Shown in pieces: positions 60,901 through 64,000 of a stretch of 64,000 nt of DNA. A model generated the notes under the pieces. It saw nothing but the letters and a program-made list of their open reading frames with translations, ran no database searches and was not told where the DNA came from. Origin of the DNA: Monocercomonoides exilis PA203. Taxonomy: Eukaryota; Protista; Preaxostyla. The translations under genes and the position numbers were made by a program. Position 1 is the first letter of the stretch; every line of letters begins with the position of its first letter. The stretch is taken from positions 558,001 through 622,000 of the forward strand of contig LSRY02000004.1 of assembly GCA_001643675.2 (NCBI GenBank), given 5' to 3'.

Positions 60901-63900
60901 AAGTTCAGCAAACACAAATGAATCAAATGAAAAGAAAAAATCTTCTTCTTCTTCTTCTTCTTCTTCTTCTACTCCACGCAGAGTGAAGCTTTGGAAGCAA
61001 CCTCCTCTGAAAGCCCTGAGAGACGCGATGGAGACCGGCGTGCTTCCATCTCTGGATGTTCTGTCTCTGATGCTCTCTTCATCAGACTCTTCTCTCTCAC
61101 AAGGCGATTCTTCTGTCTCTTCCTCTCCTTCTCGTTCATCTGCTTCATCAGCAACTGCCCAGCGGCTGGCTGCCTCGCTGCACCCGCTCAAAGCACCCAT
61201 CGCGCGCCGGCCGCGTTCGCCTTTTGCTCTTTCGTCTTCTCTTCAGCCAGGCGCTGATGCTGACTTGGCTGCAGCTGACGATCAACCACTCAGAACACTC
61301 ACACGCTCTCCCATGATGTCTATGATGGCCTCTTCAGCCAGGGCATTTGAGCAGAGAAACGAGATTAGTGAAAGAACAGCGTTTTCTGTGCCGGCTGAGA
61401 TGATGAATGGAACGATGATGATACTCGACATCACAGATGACAAAGAAGATGAAGCTTCATCTGTTGAGTCAAATGCACAAGAAACGAATGAAAATGAGTC
61501 AAGATCTGATTCTCAATTGGCACTTACTCCTCATCTGAATGGCGTTTCATTAGAATCTCAAGCTTCACAAGTTTCAAATAACGAAAGAAAACAAGATTCT
61601 CATTCGAATTTGGTTTCTCCTCTGTCAACTTCAACTTCAACAAAAGAACATAATTCGCCTCAGATGCCATCAAGCACAGACAAATCAACAAAGAAGCCGA
61701 GTGCTCCAACAGAATCAAGCTCATCCTCTCATTTGGCTGAACTCACAGCGAGCAAGTCGTCAAAGACAACTGCCATCACAAAAGTGCTGTCATCTCAGGT
61801 AAACACACCTCAATCCATTAAGCATAACAACAGCAACAACAACAATGTTCTTTCTCTTCATTCTTCGCCTTCTCAGTCTCCCACTCCATTGATTGATACA
61901 ACCGCATCCCCTGAGCACAAAGAACTCCCTTATCCTCGCCGTCTCCATTCGCCACCGCCTCCTCTACCTACATTGTCCATTCACAATTTAGGAATAGCTG
62001 AGACGTGTGGGCTGAGAGCAGCGATGGAAGATTGTGTGATGTTTGTCCCTGTCGGAGGGTGGGACATTGAGAAGCTGATTCTGAAGCACAAGTTTGATGT
62101 TCTGACAAGGCTGCTGAAGTACCCACACGAATTCAGACTGACGAAGAGAGGAATGAAGATGCTGAATCGCAGAGAGAAGTGGCTTTGGGAACAAGAGAAT
62201 CGAAAGAATTCAAAGAAAAGAGCAAAATACTCAAGACATTCAAAGGAAACAAGAGAAGAAGAGAGTGAAGATAACATCGCAAGTACATCAAGTGAAGGCA
62301 AAGGAAAAAGTCGCAGTTTGCACAGCCAGTGTGATTCTGAAGCTTCAGAAGCAGAAACAGAAACAGAAGCAGAAGCAGAAGCAGCGTGTCAGCAGAGCGA
62401 GTCGTGTGACAGATGGGACGAGTGTCTGGATCGCGAAGTGAAAGGCTGTGGAATATTTGCCATCTTCGATGGGCACAAAGGAATCGATGCTGCAAACTAC
62501 CTGACGTCTCATTTTGTTGATACATTCATTCTGACCGCAAAGGACGAGATTGAATCGGAGGAGGAGAAAAGAAGAGAAGGAGAAGGAGAATATGAAATGA
62601 AAGAAAAATGCAATGAAGAATTCGAAGAATTCGAAAATTCTGAAGATGACGAAAGCCAGAGTTTCAACGGATATCCCGAAGCTTCTGAAAGAAGCTCAGT
62701 TCATCCTTCTTCTTCTTCTTCTTCTTCTCGTTCCATGTCTATATTCTCTTCGATGTATCCACATGAGCCAGCCACCTCCTTCACCTCGACCACAAAACGA
62801 CCAGAGCCTCCTCTTCTCGGCCGCATCTTGCGCAAGACGCTCTTGTCTCTGGTCACACAGATCTTCCGCTGCGGCATCAACGCTGGCGCATGCGGGGTTG
62901 TTGCTGCTGTCACTCCGAAGAAAGTGTTCATTGCCAACTGCGGTGATTCGCGTGCTGTGTTAGTCTCCCGCTTTGTGGAAGCGCAAAACACAGCCAATGA
63001 GAATGCATCGTGTGCTGCAAATTCTTCTTCTTCGCCTTCTTCTTCTTCACAGCAAGAGAAGAAGGCAGAGAGCGGACGAGGATTCGACCAAGTTACTGCA
63101 TCAGCCACACATTCGTATCATTTGAGGGCAGATTTATTGCCTCATCCTGCTTTGCAATTGAAGGATACTATCCTTATCAACTCGCCAGCGTCTCTTCCGT
63201 TCACTTCTCCCTTCAGCACTCCACACCCTCAGCTGCCAAGTGCGATGTATGAAAGCTCGTCTTCATTGCGCGATTATTTGACCACAGGGCGCACATTGCA
63301 GATGGCTCGTGCAGCGTCCGCGCAGCCAAAGGAGCCTGAAGCGCGAATGATTTACGTGGGAAAGCCGCTTTCTGTTGATCACACTCCAATCTCGAGGAGG
63401 GAGATGGCATTCATCAAGGCAGATGGCGGGTTTGTGTCACCAGAGCGACGGGTGAATGGCACACTGGCGATGAGCCGATCGCTGGGTGACTTGGAAATCG
63501 CATCTGGGCTGAGTCACGAGGCAGACATATTCTGCTACAAGCTGTGCAGATGGTCGGGGCACAGAAATGGATGCCCTGTCGACCAGAAAAGAAGACACAG
63601 GAACGAAAAGCTGTGGTTCGGCAGTGCTTCAGAACAAAAGAATAAAGCAGAAGATAAGTCAAAGTGTTCATCAGAGCAAAATTCCATTCAGAAAAAGGAA
63701 ATCTTTCCTATTCTCCCGCACAACAACACACCTCAGCCGTACTGTTGCCGGTGTGCCGAGTATTTCCCATATGTTCCCCATTCGCTTGCACACCTCCTTC
63801 AGCTCTGGCTGACAGCCCCCATTTCATTCAAGACTCTCCGCCACGAATTCACAGACGACGGAGAAATACACCCAGAGGCTTTGCCTTTCGCACCGACAGA

Positions 63901-64000
63901 CAGCGCTCATTCGCTCATTAAGCGAAGCACCTTGGGGCTTTCGCTGGGATTGCTGGATGAATGTGATGATGGATCGAAGACTCAACTGTGCTCGTGTATG
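48916..64000 (+). CDS. Giant leucine-rich-repeat plus PP2C phosphatase protein (PHLPP-like architecture), 3'-truncated
   Basis: LRRs (LDLSGN, LLLDRN, LDVRYN, LDLSFN, LTLAGN). Introns at ~49171-49216, ~49963-50116 and ~50292-50519. One frame then continues to the window end with PP2C motifs GLRAAMED, AIFDGHKG, IANCGDSRAVL, LSVDHTP, RVNGTLAMSRSLGD. The ORF track has no closed ORF in this frame, consistent with no stop. Confidence 0.85.
56588..56641 (+). repeat. Perfect 18-bp coding tandem repeat x3 (EAKELK)
   Basis: gaagcaaaagaattgaaa repeated three times in frame. Confidence 0.9.

Noticed and set aside
2794-64000. Numerous 60-350 aa ORFs antisense to or overlapping the long genes (poly-Leu, poly-Phe/Ser, poly-Lys)
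   Set aside because: Shadow frames of trinucleotide-rich coding sequence, with no independent motifs.
1-64000. Alternative genetic code (TAA/TAG = Gln, as in some oxymonads; or TGA recoding)
   Set aside because: TAA, TAG and TGA all terminate conserved genes at expected positions (RABGGTB TAA, TCTEX TAG, TAF10 TGA), and long ORFs are open in the standard code.
1-64000. CRISPR arrays, rRNA or tRNA genes
   Set aside because: No repeat-spacer arrays or recognisable structural RNA motifs were seen by eye; a tRNAscan/Infernal run would be needed to exclude small RNAs.

Overview
Eukaryotic, intron-containing DNA in the standard genetic code. The short AT-rich GT(T/G/A)TG..AG introns, Ser/Glu-rich low-complexity proteins and giant beta-helix/TM/pseudokinase gene fit an oxymonad such as Monocercomonoides (inference, not searched). 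In order: 3' part of an importin-beta, a ~2800-aa EFR3-like gene, a Ser-rich orphan, IFT140, a decayed region (23.1-26.8 kb), and a 5-exon, apparently intact Sola-like DDD transposase with an inverted-repeat element in intron 1. Then maspardin/SPG21, an apparently perfect 394-bp inverted repeat, and a giant receptor-pseudokinase with one in-frame TGA. A compact cluster follows (RabGGT-beta, TCTEX1D2-type dynein light chain, CANT1-type apyrase, TAF10), then a >4800-aa LRR-PP2C gene that runs off the window. The most intriguing candidates are a possible first exon shared by the dynein light chain and the apyrase, the spliced transposase, and the long palindrome bounded by microhomologies. All gene models were assembled by eye, without database searches.
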